Origin: a bacterium
Lineage (GTDB): Bacteria; UBA8248
Assembly (NCBI GenBank): GCA_965202625.1
Contig: CBDBBI010000010.1
Span: 992,001 to 1,056,000 of the forward strand
Reading direction: 5' to 3'
Length of the DNA stretch: 64,000 nucleotides
The notes beneath the pieces were generated by a model. That model worked only from the letters and a program-made list of their open reading frames with translations, did no database searches and was not told the origin of the DNA. The position numbers and the translations under genes were made by a program. Shown one piece after another: positions 10,011 to 20,116 of this stretch. Position 1 is the first letter of the stretch. The number at the start of each line of letters is the position of its first letter.

Positions 10011-11063
10011 TTACAAATACATGGGCACCCTCAGCTCGTCCGCAACTTCCGCTACCTTCTCCCACACCGCAACGTCAATCGGAACGCCCTCTCGAAGCCT
10101 TCTTTCCTTTTCCCGAAAACTCCGTTCGCCCGGCACCCGAATCTCCTCCACGCCGGGTGCCCTGCGCGTATTTTTGACCTCTGCGACGTGGGCGTCGACC
10201 ATCTCCTCAAATACCTTCCGATCCCCAAAAGCGCAAGGGTCGACGGCGATGAACAAATCCCCCTTGTCATAATGTCCATCGCGCACCGATTGGGCGAGCG
10301 GCTTGCCCACCTTGGCCCCGAGCAAAGGCCCGGCCAAAAGCCCGATCAGCAGACAAAGGCCATAACCCTTATGCCCCCCGAAAGGGGCAACTGCGCCTGC
10401 GGCCGCCGCCCTGGCGTCCGTCGTCGGCTCGCCATCTGGCCCCACGGCCACGCCTTCGGGAATCGGCACTCCCGCGATGCTCGCCCTCAAGACGGTTCCG
10501 AAAGGAATCGCGCTCGTCGCAAAATCAAGAAGAACGGGTTCATCCACGCTTCTGGGAACAGCGATTGAAAAGGGGTTCGTGCCCAAAAGCCGCTCCACTC
10601 CTCCAAACGGGTGGACAAGCGGCTGCGTGACGCCGGCGACGATTCCCACGCAACCGGCGCGGGCGATGCGCTCCGCGTAATAACCCGCCATGCAAATATG
10701 ATCGCTGTTCACGACGCCCACGGCGCATGAACCCGCCTTCTCCGCCTTCCTGGCCGCCAGGCTCGCGCCATACGTCGCCCCCACGGGGCCCAAGGCGCGA
10801 GCCCCCTCCACCAGCGCGCTCCCCTCCCGCTCAAGTACGACGCGGGGCTTAGCCCGAGCTTCGATCATGCCGCTTTGGATTCTCCTGATCATGTTCGGCA
10901 GGCGAATCAGCCCATGGGTGGAATACCCTCTGAGGTCGGCTTCCATCAATACGTCGGCCGTCGTCATGGATTGCTCGTGGGAACAGCCTACGGCCGCTAG
11001 AATGCGCTCCATTAAATCGCGTAGGGCGTCCGCGTTCATCACGCGATCTTCGCTTCGATTCAT
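10011..11063 (-). CDS. Ldh_2 family (malate/L-lactate/sulfolactate-type) oxidoreductase
   Basis: ADLRGYSTHG, LGTNPFS, DFATS, GGHKGYGL, RVPGE motifs. Confidence 0.88.
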   Translation of the reverse strand: MNRSEDRVMNADALRDLMERILAAVGCSHEQSMTTADVLMEADLRGYSTHGLIRLPNMIRRIQSGMIEARAKPRVVLEREGSALVEGARALGPVGATYGASLAARKAEKAGSCAVGVVNSDHICMAGYYAERIARAGCVGIVAGVTQPLVHPFGGVERLLGTNPFSIAVPRSVDEPVLLDFATSAIPFGTVLRASIAGVPIPEGVAVGPDGEPTTDARAAAAGAVAPFGGHKGYGLCLLIGLLAGPLLGAKVGKPLAQSVRDGHYDKGDLFIAVDPCAFGDRKVFEEMVDAHVAEVKNTRRAPGVEEIRVPGERSFREKERRLREGVPIDVAVWEKVAEVADELRVPMYL

Positions 11064-11079
11064 GACTGAGAAACTCTCC

Positions 11080-11589
11080 CTAAAGGTCGGGGTTCGGAGC
11101 GGAGGCGCTCGGCTTCGTCACACGCATCATCCAGCAATAGATTTCCACCCGGTTTCCATCCGGATCGAGAAAGTAAAACGCATGACTTCCGCTTCCCCCG
11201 ACGAAGCCGTTCTCGTCCAGCCCCTCTTCCGCGTGAACGTAAGGACCGGAGACGAACTCCACGCCGCAGGATTTCACGTGCTCCTGGGCGTTCAGCCAAT
11301 CCTCCCGATTCTCCACCTCGAAAGCCATGTGGTGGAGACCCACATCGGTTCGGCGCTCCGAGTCCACCGCCCTCAACCCCGCCTTCACGGCGTCTTCGGG
11401 CAACTCAAAAAACACCAGCGCGTGGTGCTTCTCTCCACATCGCATAAAACAGATCGGCCGATGGAAATCGGGCGGCCCCCATTTCCCCGTCAGTCTCAAG
11501 CCCACCACATCTCGATAGAACCGAATCGATAGCTCCACGTCCCTTACGTGGATTCCGACATGACCCAGACGCGCGACATGACAACCCAT
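11080..11589 (-). CDS. VOC/glyoxalase family protein (extradiol dioxygenase-like)
   Basis: LGHVGIHVRD..FYRDVVG, GLHHMAF, YFLDPDGNRVE. Confidence 0.85.
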   Translation of the reverse strand: MGCHVARLGHVGIHVRDVELSIRFYRDVVGLRLTGKWGPPDFHRPICFMRCGEKHHALVFFELPEDAVKAGLRAVDSERRTDVGLHHMAFEVENREDWLNAQEHVKSCGVEFVSGPYVHAEEGLDENGFVGGSGSHAFYFLDPDGNRVEIYCWMMRVTKPSASAPNPDL

Positions 11590-11716
11590 GCCTTCTCCTC
11601 CCGGGTGAGAATTTTGAGCAGAAAAAAATCGTTTGCCTTCAAGAATATGGCATCATAACATTTCCCGCGCGGGTTCGCGTCAACGCCGCTCTCACATTCC
11701 ATGAAAGGCCATCTCC

Positions 11717-12541
11717 ATGCTGAAAAAGACGGTTTCTCTGGGCACATTGTTTCTGGGCGTCATGGTAGCCGCCGGCGTTTTCTGGCAACCATCCGCCCAT
11801 AGCGTACAAAAGTCCCCGCGATCGCACTCCCTTCCGGAGGAGCAAAGCCCAAAGGGTGCGGCCGCCTCCGCGCTCTTGGCGCAAAGCGTCAACAAAAACC
11901 AAATCGAAAGAATCATAAAAGAATATCTCATCAAAAACCCAGAAGTGCTCGTGGAGGCCATGCAGGCACTGGAGAAAAAACGAAACGCGGAGCGCGAGAC
12001 GGCGGCCCAAGCCTTCATCCGGAAGCACTCGAAACGAATCTACGCGGATTCTGAAGACCCCGTGGGCGGGAACCCAAACGGGGACGTGACGATCGTGGAG
12101 TTTTTCGACTATCAATGCGAGTTCTGTAAACGGGTGGCCCCCATGGTGGAGGAAGCTCTCGCAAAAGACGGGCAAATTCGCATCGTATATAAGGAATTTC
12201 CCATCCTCGGTCCGAATTCCGTGCTCGCTGCGCGAGCGGCGCTCGCCTCGCGCGCGCAGGGCAAGTACCTGGCGTTTCACAAGGCGCTCATGGAGACGCG
12301 CATCTCCTATGACGAGAAGAGCGTCATGAAAATCGCCGCCGCCTTGGGCATCAACACGGACCGGCTGAAGAAAGACATGCTCTCCTCTCAAATCCAGGAG
12401 ATCATCGACAGGAATCGCGCCCTAGCGAGGTCGCTGCGCATACGCGGCACGCCGGCCTTCATCGTTGGAGAACAACTCTTCCCAGGCGCGCTCACGCCTT
12501 CTCAACTTGCTCGCATGATACAAGAGGCGAGAAAGAACTGA
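11717..12541 (+). CDS. DsbA/Com1 (ScsC-like) thiol-disulfide oxidoreductase, exported
   Basis: Signal peptide, YLIKNPEVL helix, EFFDYQCEFC, cis-Pro loop RGTPAF. Confidence 0.88.
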   Translation: MLKKTVSLGTLFLGVMVAAGVFWQPSAHSVQKSPRSHSLPEEQSPKGAAASALLAQSVNKNQIERIIKEYLIKNPEVLVEAMQALEKKRNAERETAAQAFIRKHSKRIYADSEDPVGGNPNGDVTIVEFFDYQCEFCKRVAPMVEEALAKDGQIRIVYKEFPILGPNSVLAARAALASRAQGKYLAFHKALMETRISYDEKSVMKIAAALGINTDRLKKDMLSSQIQEIIDRNRALARSLRIRGTPAFIVGEQLFPGALTPSQLARMIQEARKN

Positions 12542-12558
12542 ATCGGCGAATCGACGAG

Positions 12559-12590
12559 AAAACCCCGGAAGTGGTTCTCCGGAGTTTTTT
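12559..12590. terminator. Probable intrinsic terminator between convergent genes
   Basis: Imperfect inverted repeat aaaaccccggaa-gtgg-ttctccggagtttttt followed by a T run. Confidence 0.45.
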
Positions 12591-12610
12591 GCGTCCATGG
12601 GCGAGAAAAT

Positions 12611-13063
12611 CTAACCCACCTTCACCGAACCCGTCAGCTTCCTGCGGTAATCCCACCATTTCCACTTTCTCGGCGCCATCGTGACGCGCACGCGCGTTTT
12701 TTGTGCGATGGGCGTATTGACGTAATTCGCCCACATATCCGGACCAAAGAAATGGTCCACCACGCTTTTCAGCCCCTCATGGTCCGTCCCCATCACTTCG
12801 GAAATCTGTGCCTCGCCCTCGACGACGACGGCGCGAAAAGGCGCTTCATCGTCGTCGATGCAGATGGAAAACGCCGGATTGCGCCTCAAATTCCTCACCG
12901 ACACGGAATCATCCCCCGTGCTGATGAAAAAACTCGCGTCCTCGGGGTTGAACAAATACAAAAGCGGCACGATGTGCGGGGAGCCATCCGCATTCGTGGT
13001 GGCGATTCTCGCCATACGCGGCTCCAACAAAAATTCATCCATCTCAGTTGGACGCTCAACCAT
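12611..13063 (-). CDS. Pyridoxamine 5'-phosphate oxidase-like (split-barrel flavin/F420-binding) protein
   Basis: ARIATTNADGSPHIVP, NLRRNP, VVVEGEA. Confidence 0.82.
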   Translation of the reverse strand: MVERPTEMDEFLLEPRMARIATTNADGSPHIVPLLYLFNPEDASFFISTGDDSVSVRNLRRNPAFSICIDDDEAPFRAVVVEGEAQISEVMGTDHEGLKSVVDHFFGPDMWANYVNTPIAQKTRVRVTMAPRKWKWWDYRRKLTGSVKVG

Positions 13064-13195
13064 TTTCTATCTCCTCTTAAGACGCCGTTAACACAAAAAG
13101 ATTCTCCGCCTCATCGTTTCGTTCAAGCGGAGCAACCAAGCCGTTCTATGGCCTGAATCACAAGCCGGTCGTCGCCAATGCTCCATAAAACCGTC

Positions 13196-15808
13196 CTATC
13201 CTTTCACAATGATGTTCACCAGACGGCCCGGAACGACAATGTGCTTCACAATCTCCTTATCCCCGACGTAGTTTGCCGTAACCGCCTCCGCCTTCTCCTT
13301 GAGTTCATCCTCCGGCGCATCCGGGAGCGCCATGAACGTGCGCCTCGTTTTTCCGTTCACCTGCACGGCGAATTCCTTCTCCTCGGCAGCGATGGCCGCT
13401 TCATCCACCCGGGGCCACTCTTCTCGAAAAAGACTCGTCCCCGCCTCGCCCGCACCTAAAGCCGCCCAGAGCTCCTCCGCCACATGCGGAGCCATCGGCG
13501 CCATACAGCACAAAAGAATCTCGGCCGCCTCGCGTTGAATCGCGTTTTCCGCTCTAGCCTCCGCGCGCAACGACGTGGCCAACTCCATAATACGCGCCAC
13601 CGCCGTGTTGAAAGAAAACGTTTTTTCATACACCTCGTTCACCGCCTTCAAGGTGGCATGGGCGTCTCGCCTGAGCTTTCTACCGGAGGCGGACAGCCCA
13701 CCTCCGTCTCCAGAATGGGGCTCCGATTCCCGCCAACCCTCAAGACGCTCCGAGAACGTCAGCCAAAGCCTTTGCAGAAAGCGATGGACCCCGATGAGCC
13801 CGTCATCACGCCACTCCTTGGAGCGTTCGGGGGGACCGATGAACAACGTGTATAGCCGACCCGCATCCGCTCCGTATTTTCCGGTGCATTCCTCGATAGA
13901 GACACCGTTCATCTTCGATTTGCTCATTGAGGCCATTTCGGGAACCACTTTTTGGCCCGCTTGGTAGCCGCTGCCGCTGGGGCCATCTCTGGACACAACC
14001 AGAGAGTTCTCGTCCACGTCCTGGTAAGGCACCCAAACGCGGCCACGCGCCTCGGCCACGTAATACGCCATTCGGCATACCATTCCCTGGGTAAAAAGGT
14101 TCTCAAACGGTTCCTCGAAAGAGAGGAATCCGAGATCGTAAAGGACTTTCGTGAAGAAACGGGAATAAAGCAGGTGCATCACCGCGTGTTCCGCTCCTCC
14201 GATATACTGGTTCACCGGCAGCCAACGGTTCACGTTTTCCGATTGAAACACAGCACCGTCGTCGCGGGGACTGACGTATCTCAAGTAATACCAGGACGAA
14301 TCCACAAAAGTGTCCATCGTGTCGGTCTCCCGGCGGGCGGGTTTGCCCGTTCGGGGACTGATGACGTTCACGAAATCCGCACTCTGGCTCAAGGGATTCC
14401 CTCCCCTTCCCGTGAACTCCACGTTGCGCGGGTGCGCGACGGGCAGATGCACGTCGGGCACCGGAGTCACGCTCCCATCTTCCTCATAAATGACAGGTAT
14501 GGGCACTCCCCAATAACGCTGCCGCGAAATGAGCCAATCTCTCAGACGCCAGTTGATCGTCTTGTCGCCAAAACCTTTTTCTGCGAAATAAGCGATCATG
14601 TCGGGGTAGGCTTCTCGGTTCGGCCGCCCGTCGAAGGGTCCGGAGTTCTCCATCACCCCGTCTTCCCCATACGCCTGGGCCATGCTAGCGCCATCAAGAC
14701 CGCCATCTGGATGCTGAATCACCACCTTGACGGGGATGTCGTATTTTCTCGCGAAAAGAAAATCGCGCTGATCGTGCGCAGGCACGCCCATGACGATGCC
14801 CGTTCCGTATTCCATCAGAGCGTAATCGGCCACCAGCAGGGGGACCCGATCCCTATTGACCGGGTTGACGACGAAATGGCCCGTGTGAACCCCCGTCTTC
14901 TCGCTCTCCTCACTCATTCGCTCTGCGGCGCTTTGGGCGCGCATGGCGTCCACGGCCTCTCGGATAGAGTTCGCCCGGGGGTTGTCCCGCAGCAGCTCAT
15001 CGATCATGGGATGCTCGGGCGCGCAGACCATGAAGGTGACGCCATAGACCGTATCCGGCCGCGTGGTGAAGACCGAGAGCGTCTCGCCGGTCGCCTCAAG
15101 CCTGAAATCGATTCGCGCTCCCTCGCTACGTCCTAACCAGTTGCTCTGCTGCCGCTTCACGTGTTCGGGCCAGCCGACAAGGCCATCAAGGTCATCAAGC
15201 AGGCGCTGCGCGTAGTCGGTAATCCGTAAAAACCATTGACTAAGCCAGCGTTTTTCCACCTTAGCGCCGCTGCGCCAGGCGACGCCGTCGTGGATTTGCT
15301 CGTTCGCCAAAACCGTGCTGTCCACCGGATCCCAGTTGACGAGCGCTTCTCGTTTGTAGGCCAAGCCATTTTCCAACATTTGCAGGAAAATCCACTGCGT
15401 CCATCGGTAATAGCCCGGATGCGCAGTAGAAATCTCACGTGGCCAGTCATAGGCGAGACCCGCCATGCGCAACTGTCGCCTCATATTGTCGACATTCTTT
15501 TTCGTCCAGACAGCAGGATGCGCGCCGGCGTTGATGGCGGCGTTCTCCGCAGGTAGACCCAGGGCGTCCCAGCCCATGGGATGCAGCACCTCGAAGCCGC
15601 GCATCTTCCGGTAGCGGCTGATGGCGTCGCCCATCGTATAGTTGCAGGCATGGCCCATGTGAAGATCGCCAGAAGGATAGGGAAACATCATCAGAGCATA
15701 ATAGGTAGGCTTATCGCCGGGGTGATCGGAGGTCTCGAATATATTCTGCTCCGACCAAAGATTCTGCCACTTTTTCTCATAACTGGATGGACGATACTCG
15801 CCGAGCAT
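13196..15808 (-). CDS. leuS: Leucine--tRNA ligase
   Basis: MFPYPSGDLHMGH (HIGH), GWDALGLPAENAA, RDWLISRQRYWG, DTMDTFVDSSWY, SMSKS (KMSKS); likely start MLGEY at 15808. Confidence 0.97.
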   Translation of the reverse strand: MLGEYRPSSYEKKWQNLWSEQNIFETSDHPGDKPTYYALMMFPYPSGDLHMGHACNYTMGDAISRYRKMRGFEVLHPMGWDALGLPAENAAINAGAHPAVWTKKNVDNMRRQLRMAGLAYDWPREISTAHPGYYRWTQWIFLQMLENGLAYKREALVNWDPVDSTVLANEQIHDGVAWRSGAKVEKRWLSQWFLRITDYAQRLLDDLDGLVGWPEHVKRQQSNWLGRSEGARIDFRLEATGETLSVFTTRPDTVYGVTFMVCAPEHPMIDELLRDNPRANSIREAVDAMRAQSAAERMSEESEKTGVHTGHFVVNPVNRDRVPLLVADYALMEYGTGIVMGVPAHDQRDFLFARKYDIPVKVVIQHPDGGLDGASMAQAYGEDGVMENSGPFDGRPNREAYPDMIAYFAEKGFGDKTINWRLRDWLISRQRYWGVPIPVIYEEDGSVTPVPDVHLPVAHPRNVEFTGRGGNPLSQSADFVNVISPRTGKPARRETDTMDTFVDSSWYYLRYVSPRDDGAVFQSENVNRWLPVNQYIGGAEHAVMHLLYSRFFTKVLYDLGFLSFEEPFENLFTQGMVCRMAYYVAEARGRVWVPYQDVDENSLVVSRDGPSGSGYQAGQKVVPEMASMSKSKMNGVSIEECTGKYGADAGRLYTLFIGPPERSKEWRDDGLIGVHRFLQRLWLTFSERLEGWRESEPHSGDGGGLSASGRKLRRDAHATLKAVNEVYEKTFSFNTAVARIMELATSLRAEARAENAIQREAAEILLCCMAPMAPHVAEELWAALGAGEAGTSLFREEWPRVDEAAIAAEEKEFAVQVNGKTRRTFMALPDAPEDELKEKAEAVTANYVGDKEIVKHIVVPGRLVNIIVKG

Positions 15809-16165
15809 GAATTTCCTTAATTTTTGAGTATGTATCCCCAAAACCTTCGTGCGGGCATTCCGCCCGCCCCAAGAGATTCACTTCTCCTCAGGGACATAAG
15901 CTCTGCGGGACGGGCGCGGCCTTTTGCTTCATCCCCATCATACCAGGCGCCTTCCCCATACCTTCAACGGCTCTCCACGACGAGAAATAAAATATCTCGC
16001 TTAGTTGCCCATGGAAAAACCCGATTCCGCGAAAAGGTCCCTTTCCGAGCCGCTCGAACGATACATGGCGGACGGGCGACGTGGTAAGCCAACCTGGCCG
16101 ACGACAAGGCATACCTCACACGGAAATCTATGGAGAGAGGCCAAGCCGCATAATCCTCTGGTCGA

Positions 16166-17533
16166 TCAGGTGAAGATAAACAAACGGGCGATGGTCAAGT
16201 AGATCAAAAGCCCCAGGACGTCACCTCCGGTCGTGACGAAAGGTCCCGTCGCCACAGCGGGGTCCACGCGAAAGCGGTGGAGGACGAGTGGCAAAAACGA
16301 CGCGAGAAGGGCAGAACACATCATCGCCGCACAAATCGCAAGGCCCACGACGAAACCCAACCAGGCCACGGAGGAGAACTGATACGTCGCCAACAGCCCC
16401 AGCAATACGCCGTAGCAAACGCCCAGAAGTATCCCGACAGCCACCTCCTTCGAGATGACGCGAACCCATGATTTGGGATCGACACGTCCGGTCGCCAAAC
16501 CACGGATGATGATGGTAGCGCTTTGCGTGCCCACATTGCCCGCCATTCCGATGATCACCGGCATGAACGCGGCGAGAGCCACCACCTCGCTCAACTCCTC
16601 TGAATGCTGACGAATGAGCTGCGCGGCGAGAACGCCTCCCAGCCAACTGACAAACAGCCAGGGCAAACGAACCCACGCGAGACGCTTGACGGAAAGCGAG
16701 GTCGCCTCATCCTGATAGGAGTGCGTTCCCGCCATCTTGAGAATATCCTCGGTCGCCTCCTCCCTCAGGACGTCGAGCACGTCATCCACCGTGACGATTC
16801 CAACTAGAACGTTCTCGTCATCCACGATGGGAATAGCCAGAATGTTATAGCGCGAGACGACTCGCGCGACATGTTCTTGGTCGGCGTGGACGTTTTCGCT
16901 CCAAACGTTGGCGACCATCACCTCGGACAACGTCTTAGACGGATCCGACAGCAATAGTTGCCGCAAGCTGATCACGCCTCTCAGACAAGCGTTCGAGTCG
17001 ATGACATACACGTAGAAAATATAATCCACCTCGCCGGCTTTTCGCACCCGGGAGATGGCCTCGTCCACCGTGATCTCCTCATGCAGCGCCACATAGGAAT
17101 CCGTCATGATGGCGCCCGCGGTTTCCGGCAGATACGCCATCACATCCTGTATGGCTTCGGTCTCAGGCGCGTCAAGTAGCGCGACGATCTCCCGTGAACG
17201 ATCCTCGGGCAGGCTCTCCAAAATATATCTCGCGTCGTCGCTGTCCAGTTCCTTGAGAAGCGGAATTACGTCCTCATCCGGCACCGGTTCCAAAAGTTCT
17301 CGAACGATATGGGAATCGGATTCCGTCAGAATGGAGGCGCAATGCTCCCGACTTTGGATCAGAGAAAACGCCTCCTGGCGCTCCTGAGGCAGGAAATGCT
17401 GAAAAATCTGCGCCACCTCGGCCGCGTGCATTTTCTCCAGCGCATTGGCGAGATTGGCGTCCGCCTTGTGTCTCAAAAGACGCCGCACCATGCCTTCTAC
17501 GCGGAGCAACCTCGTGTCACGCTCGTTCACCAT
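16166..17533 (-). CDS. mgtE: Magnesium transporter MgtE
   Basis: TAGAIM plus CBS pair, GIVTVDD, RLPWL, AGNVGTQS, DPAVATGPFVTT. Confidence 0.95.
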   Translation of the reverse strand: MVNERDTRLLRVEGMVRRLLRHKADANLANALEKMHAAEVAQIFQHFLPQERQEAFSLIQSREHCASILTESDSHIVRELLEPVPDEDVIPLLKELDSDDARYILESLPEDRSREIVALLDAPETEAIQDVMAYLPETAGAIMTDSYVALHEEITVDEAISRVRKAGEVDYIFYVYVIDSNACLRGVISLRQLLLSDPSKTLSEVMVANVWSENVHADQEHVARVVSRYNILAIPIVDDENVLVGIVTVDDVLDVLREEATEDILKMAGTHSYQDEATSLSVKRLAWVRLPWLFVSWLGGVLAAQLIRQHSEELSEVVALAAFMPVIIGMAGNVGTQSATIIIRGLATGRVDPKSWVRVISKEVAVGILLGVCYGVLLGLLATYQFSSVAWLGFVVGLAICAAMMCSALLASFLPLVLHRFRVDPAVATGPFVTTGGDVLGLLIYLTIARLFIFT

Positions 17534-17646
17534 GGCTCCATGCCTCGAAAACAGGAAAAAACGGCGCACAAAGGGCGTGAAGTGTATTGAACGCCATCAG
17601 GAGTGTCAATCATCTTGCGTCGCCACCCAAGTTTGACACCTCTTGG

Positions 17647-17675
17647 TTGCGGGCAGTCTTTCACCCCATTACAAT
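17647..17675 (+). promoter_or_regulatory. Putative sigma70 promoter of hflX
   Basis: TTGCGG-N17-TACAAT. Confidence 0.45.
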
Positions 17676-17729
17676 GTCAATTGGCCATGGAAGCGTATAT
17701 CGTCCACTCGCTCTGGGGAGTGCCTCGCC

Positions 17730-19445
17730 ATCGCCAGACTTCACGGTCGGCTCACCGGACTGAAAACCAAGCAAATCAAGGCTCTGGAGAGGCTTTACCG
17801 CCGAAAAATACCCCCCGGCCAATTCATCCACCTAGAACTCGGTCGCGAACTCGCGTTTTTATCTTATGAAATCTCACGTCAGGTTGGGCTGCTCATCGAT
17901 CGACTTGGCGCGGTGCGCTACGTGATCATAGGCGATGCGCGAGGAATCGAAATACCGGAGCTTGGCCGCGCCCGTGCGGGAATGGCGAGGCTCAGAGGTA
18001 TTCGGTGCGTCCACACGCACCTAGACCCCTCCCCATTGTCACAAGAAGATCTAACGGACATGGCTCTCCTCCGCCTCGACGCCATGGGAGCGATAGAAGT
18101 ATCAAAAGATGGCAGTGCGGGCCGACTCCACCTCGCCCACATCACGCCCAAGCCCAGAAACGAAAGCGAAGCGGACAGCACCCATTCGACGTTTCTAGAG
18201 AACCGCGCTCCGTGGAAAATCCAGTCGTTCCCCAACCTGGAATCGAGCCGGTTTGACTTTGAATCTCTCATCAATTCCCTGGAAGAGGAATTCGCCCGCC
18301 TTCAAAAAGCATCGATTCAACTTGAAGAGGGAGAACGCGCCCTGCTCGTGCACCTCGACACCGGTGGCAAAACAAAGCGTTCCGCCGAAATCGAGTTTGA
18401 GGAGCTGTCTCTCCTCGCGCGCGAGGCCGGTTTCATCCCTTGCGGAAACATTCTACAGCGACGGAGAAAGCCGGATCCGCGCTTCGTCATCGGCAAAGGC
18501 CGGTTGGCGGACGTCCTCATGAACTCTATGCGGGTGGGAGCCGAAGCGCTGTTATTCTCTAATGAACTGACACCATCGCAAGTCAAGAATTTATCTGAAT
18601 CCACCGATCTGAAAATTCTCGACCGAACGCAAATCATCCTCGACATTTTCGCCCAAAGAGCCAAAAGCCGTGTAGGAAAACTTCAGGTGGAGCTTGCCCT
18701 GCTACGATACGCACTGCCCCGCATCTCTTCTCAACACTCGGCACTGAGTCGGCTCACCGGCGGTATAGGCGGCAGGGGACCAGGCGAAACCAAGCTGGAG
18801 ATTCACCGGCGCCGCGCATTCGAGCGCATTCGTAGGGTAGAGAAAGAACTGGAGAGTCTGCAAAGAAAACGCTCCCAAGGCAGACGACTCCGCCAGCGCC
18901 GGAAGGCGCCGATCCTCTCCCTAGTGGGCTACACCAACGCGGGAAAATCTACACTGCTGAACGTCTTGACGAAGAGCGAGGTCAGGGCCGAGGATCGCCT
19001 TTTCGCCACCCTGGACACGGCAAGCCGACGACTGCGGCTCCCGCGCGAGCAGGAAGTCATCATCACAGACACCGTCGGCTTCATTCATGACCTCCCCCAG
19101 GAGTTGATAGGGGCGTTTCGCGCCACGCTGGAAGAATTGAACGAGGCGGACCTTCTGATTCACGTGATTGACGCCTCATCCGCGCATTGTGAGGAAAACC
19201 TCTTCTCCGTGGAGAAAATCCTGGATGAAATTGGGCTGAAAGATACGTCTCTCATTCGCGTTTTTAACAAAATGGACAAAACGGACGACATCCGTCTCGC
19301 CAATCTATGCCGTAGATTCGACGGCATCGCCTCAAGCGGCGTTGCCCCTGAAAGCCTCATCCCTCTGGTGGAGGAGGCAGCCTACCGCCTATCGAACATG
19401 GACAAGCAGGATGAGAGAGAAAAATACGAACGAGCCACGAACTAA
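17730..19445 (+). CDS. hflX: GTPase HflX (long N-terminal form); probable ATC start at 17730, frame open from 17643
   Basis: DRTQIILDIFAQRA, GKLQVELA, GGRGPGETKLE, G1 GYTNAGKST, FATLD, DTVGF, NKMD. Confidence 0.95.
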   Translation: MARLHGRLTGLKTKQIKALERLYRRKIPPGQFIHLELGRELAFLSYEISRQVGLLIDRLGAVRYVIIGDARGIEIPELGRARAGMARLRGIRCVHTHLDPSPLSQEDLTDMALLRLDAMGAIEVSKDGSAGRLHLAHITPKPRNESEADSTHSTFLENRAPWKIQSFPNLESSRFDFESLINSLEEEFARLQKASIQLEEGERALLVHLDTGGKTKRSAEIEFEELSLLAREAGFIPCGNILQRRRKPDPRFVIGKGRLADVLMNSMRVGAEALLFSNELTPSQVKNLSESTDLKILDRTQIILDIFAQRAKSRVGKLQVELALLRYALPRISSQHSALSRLTGGIGGRGPGETKLEIHRRRAFERIRRVEKELESLQRKRSQGRRLRQRRKAPILSLVGYTNAGKSTLLNVLTKSEVRAEDRLFATLDTASRRLRLPREQEVIITDTVGFIHDLPQELIGAFRATLEELNEADLLIHVIDASSAHCEENLFSVEKILDEIGLKDTSLIRVFNKMDKTDDIRLANLCRRFDGIASSGVAPESLIPLVEEAAYRLSNMDKQDEREKYERATN

Positions 19446-20106
19446 TTTTTGTCCGAATCGCCCCCAAAAATTATCCCTTTTGTTGTCCGCCGTCCTGCTG
19501 AGCTCTCTGGCGGGAGGCTGCGTCTCGACCGACCCCTCGACGGGAGACGCTTGGAAGAAGACAAAAACAATCGTTCAATCCACATACGCCAAGACCCGGC
19601 ACTCTATTGCAAACACTTTGACGGCGATAGCAAAATATCAGAGCGACAGCGCAAGGGAGCAGCAAATCAGGCAAGAAAAAAACCCCTCAGACGGTAAGAA
19701 CAAAAAAAGAAAAACCATCGCACGACCTGCGGCTACGCCTCGTTTTCAGGATCGGTTTCCATCCAAAACCCATCGCTCACAGGAGAAGGCTCTGAAGTCC
19801 GACAAAGGCAGGCGAGCTGCCGGGAGAAACAAGCGCGGAGAGGATTCTAAAGAAGAGCTATTGGTGCTCTCAACGGCCATGACTTCCGAGGAGTTGCGTC
19901 AACGCATTCACGATATTGAACAGGAGCGAATCCGATCAAAAAGTCCAGTCAGAAGACGCAAGCTGACGCACGAACAGAGAAAATGGGAGCAAATGCTGCT
20001 CAGATCCCAAAAAGAGGAAAACATCATCAATGAGATGACGAAATTGCGGCACCGGCTGAGAAAGCTGCAAAGAGATTTGCTCAAGATTCAGCAGACCAAT
20101 CGCTAG
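19411..20106 (+). CDS. Hypothetical lipoprotein with basic linker and C-terminal coiled coil
   Basis: Hydrophobic stretch ending in lipobox-like LAGGC; overlaps hflX 3' end; start uncertain. Confidence 0.6.
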   Translation: MREKNTNEPRTNFCPNRPQKLSLLLSAVLLSSLAGGCVSTDPSTGDAWKKTKTIVQSTYAKTRHSIANTLTAIAKYQSDSAREQQIRQEKNPSDGKNKKRKTIARPAATPRFQDRFPSKTHRSQEKALKSDKGRRAAGRNKRGEDSKEELLVLSTAMTSEELRQRIHDIEQERIRSKSPVRRRKLTHEQRKWEQMLLRSQKEENIINEMTKLRHRLRKLQRDLLKIQQTNR

Positions 20107-20116
20107 AGCAGCTGGA

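Noticed and set aside
15841-16166. T-box or other leader upstream of leuS
   Set aside because: No T-box consensus or clear terminator/antiterminator seen
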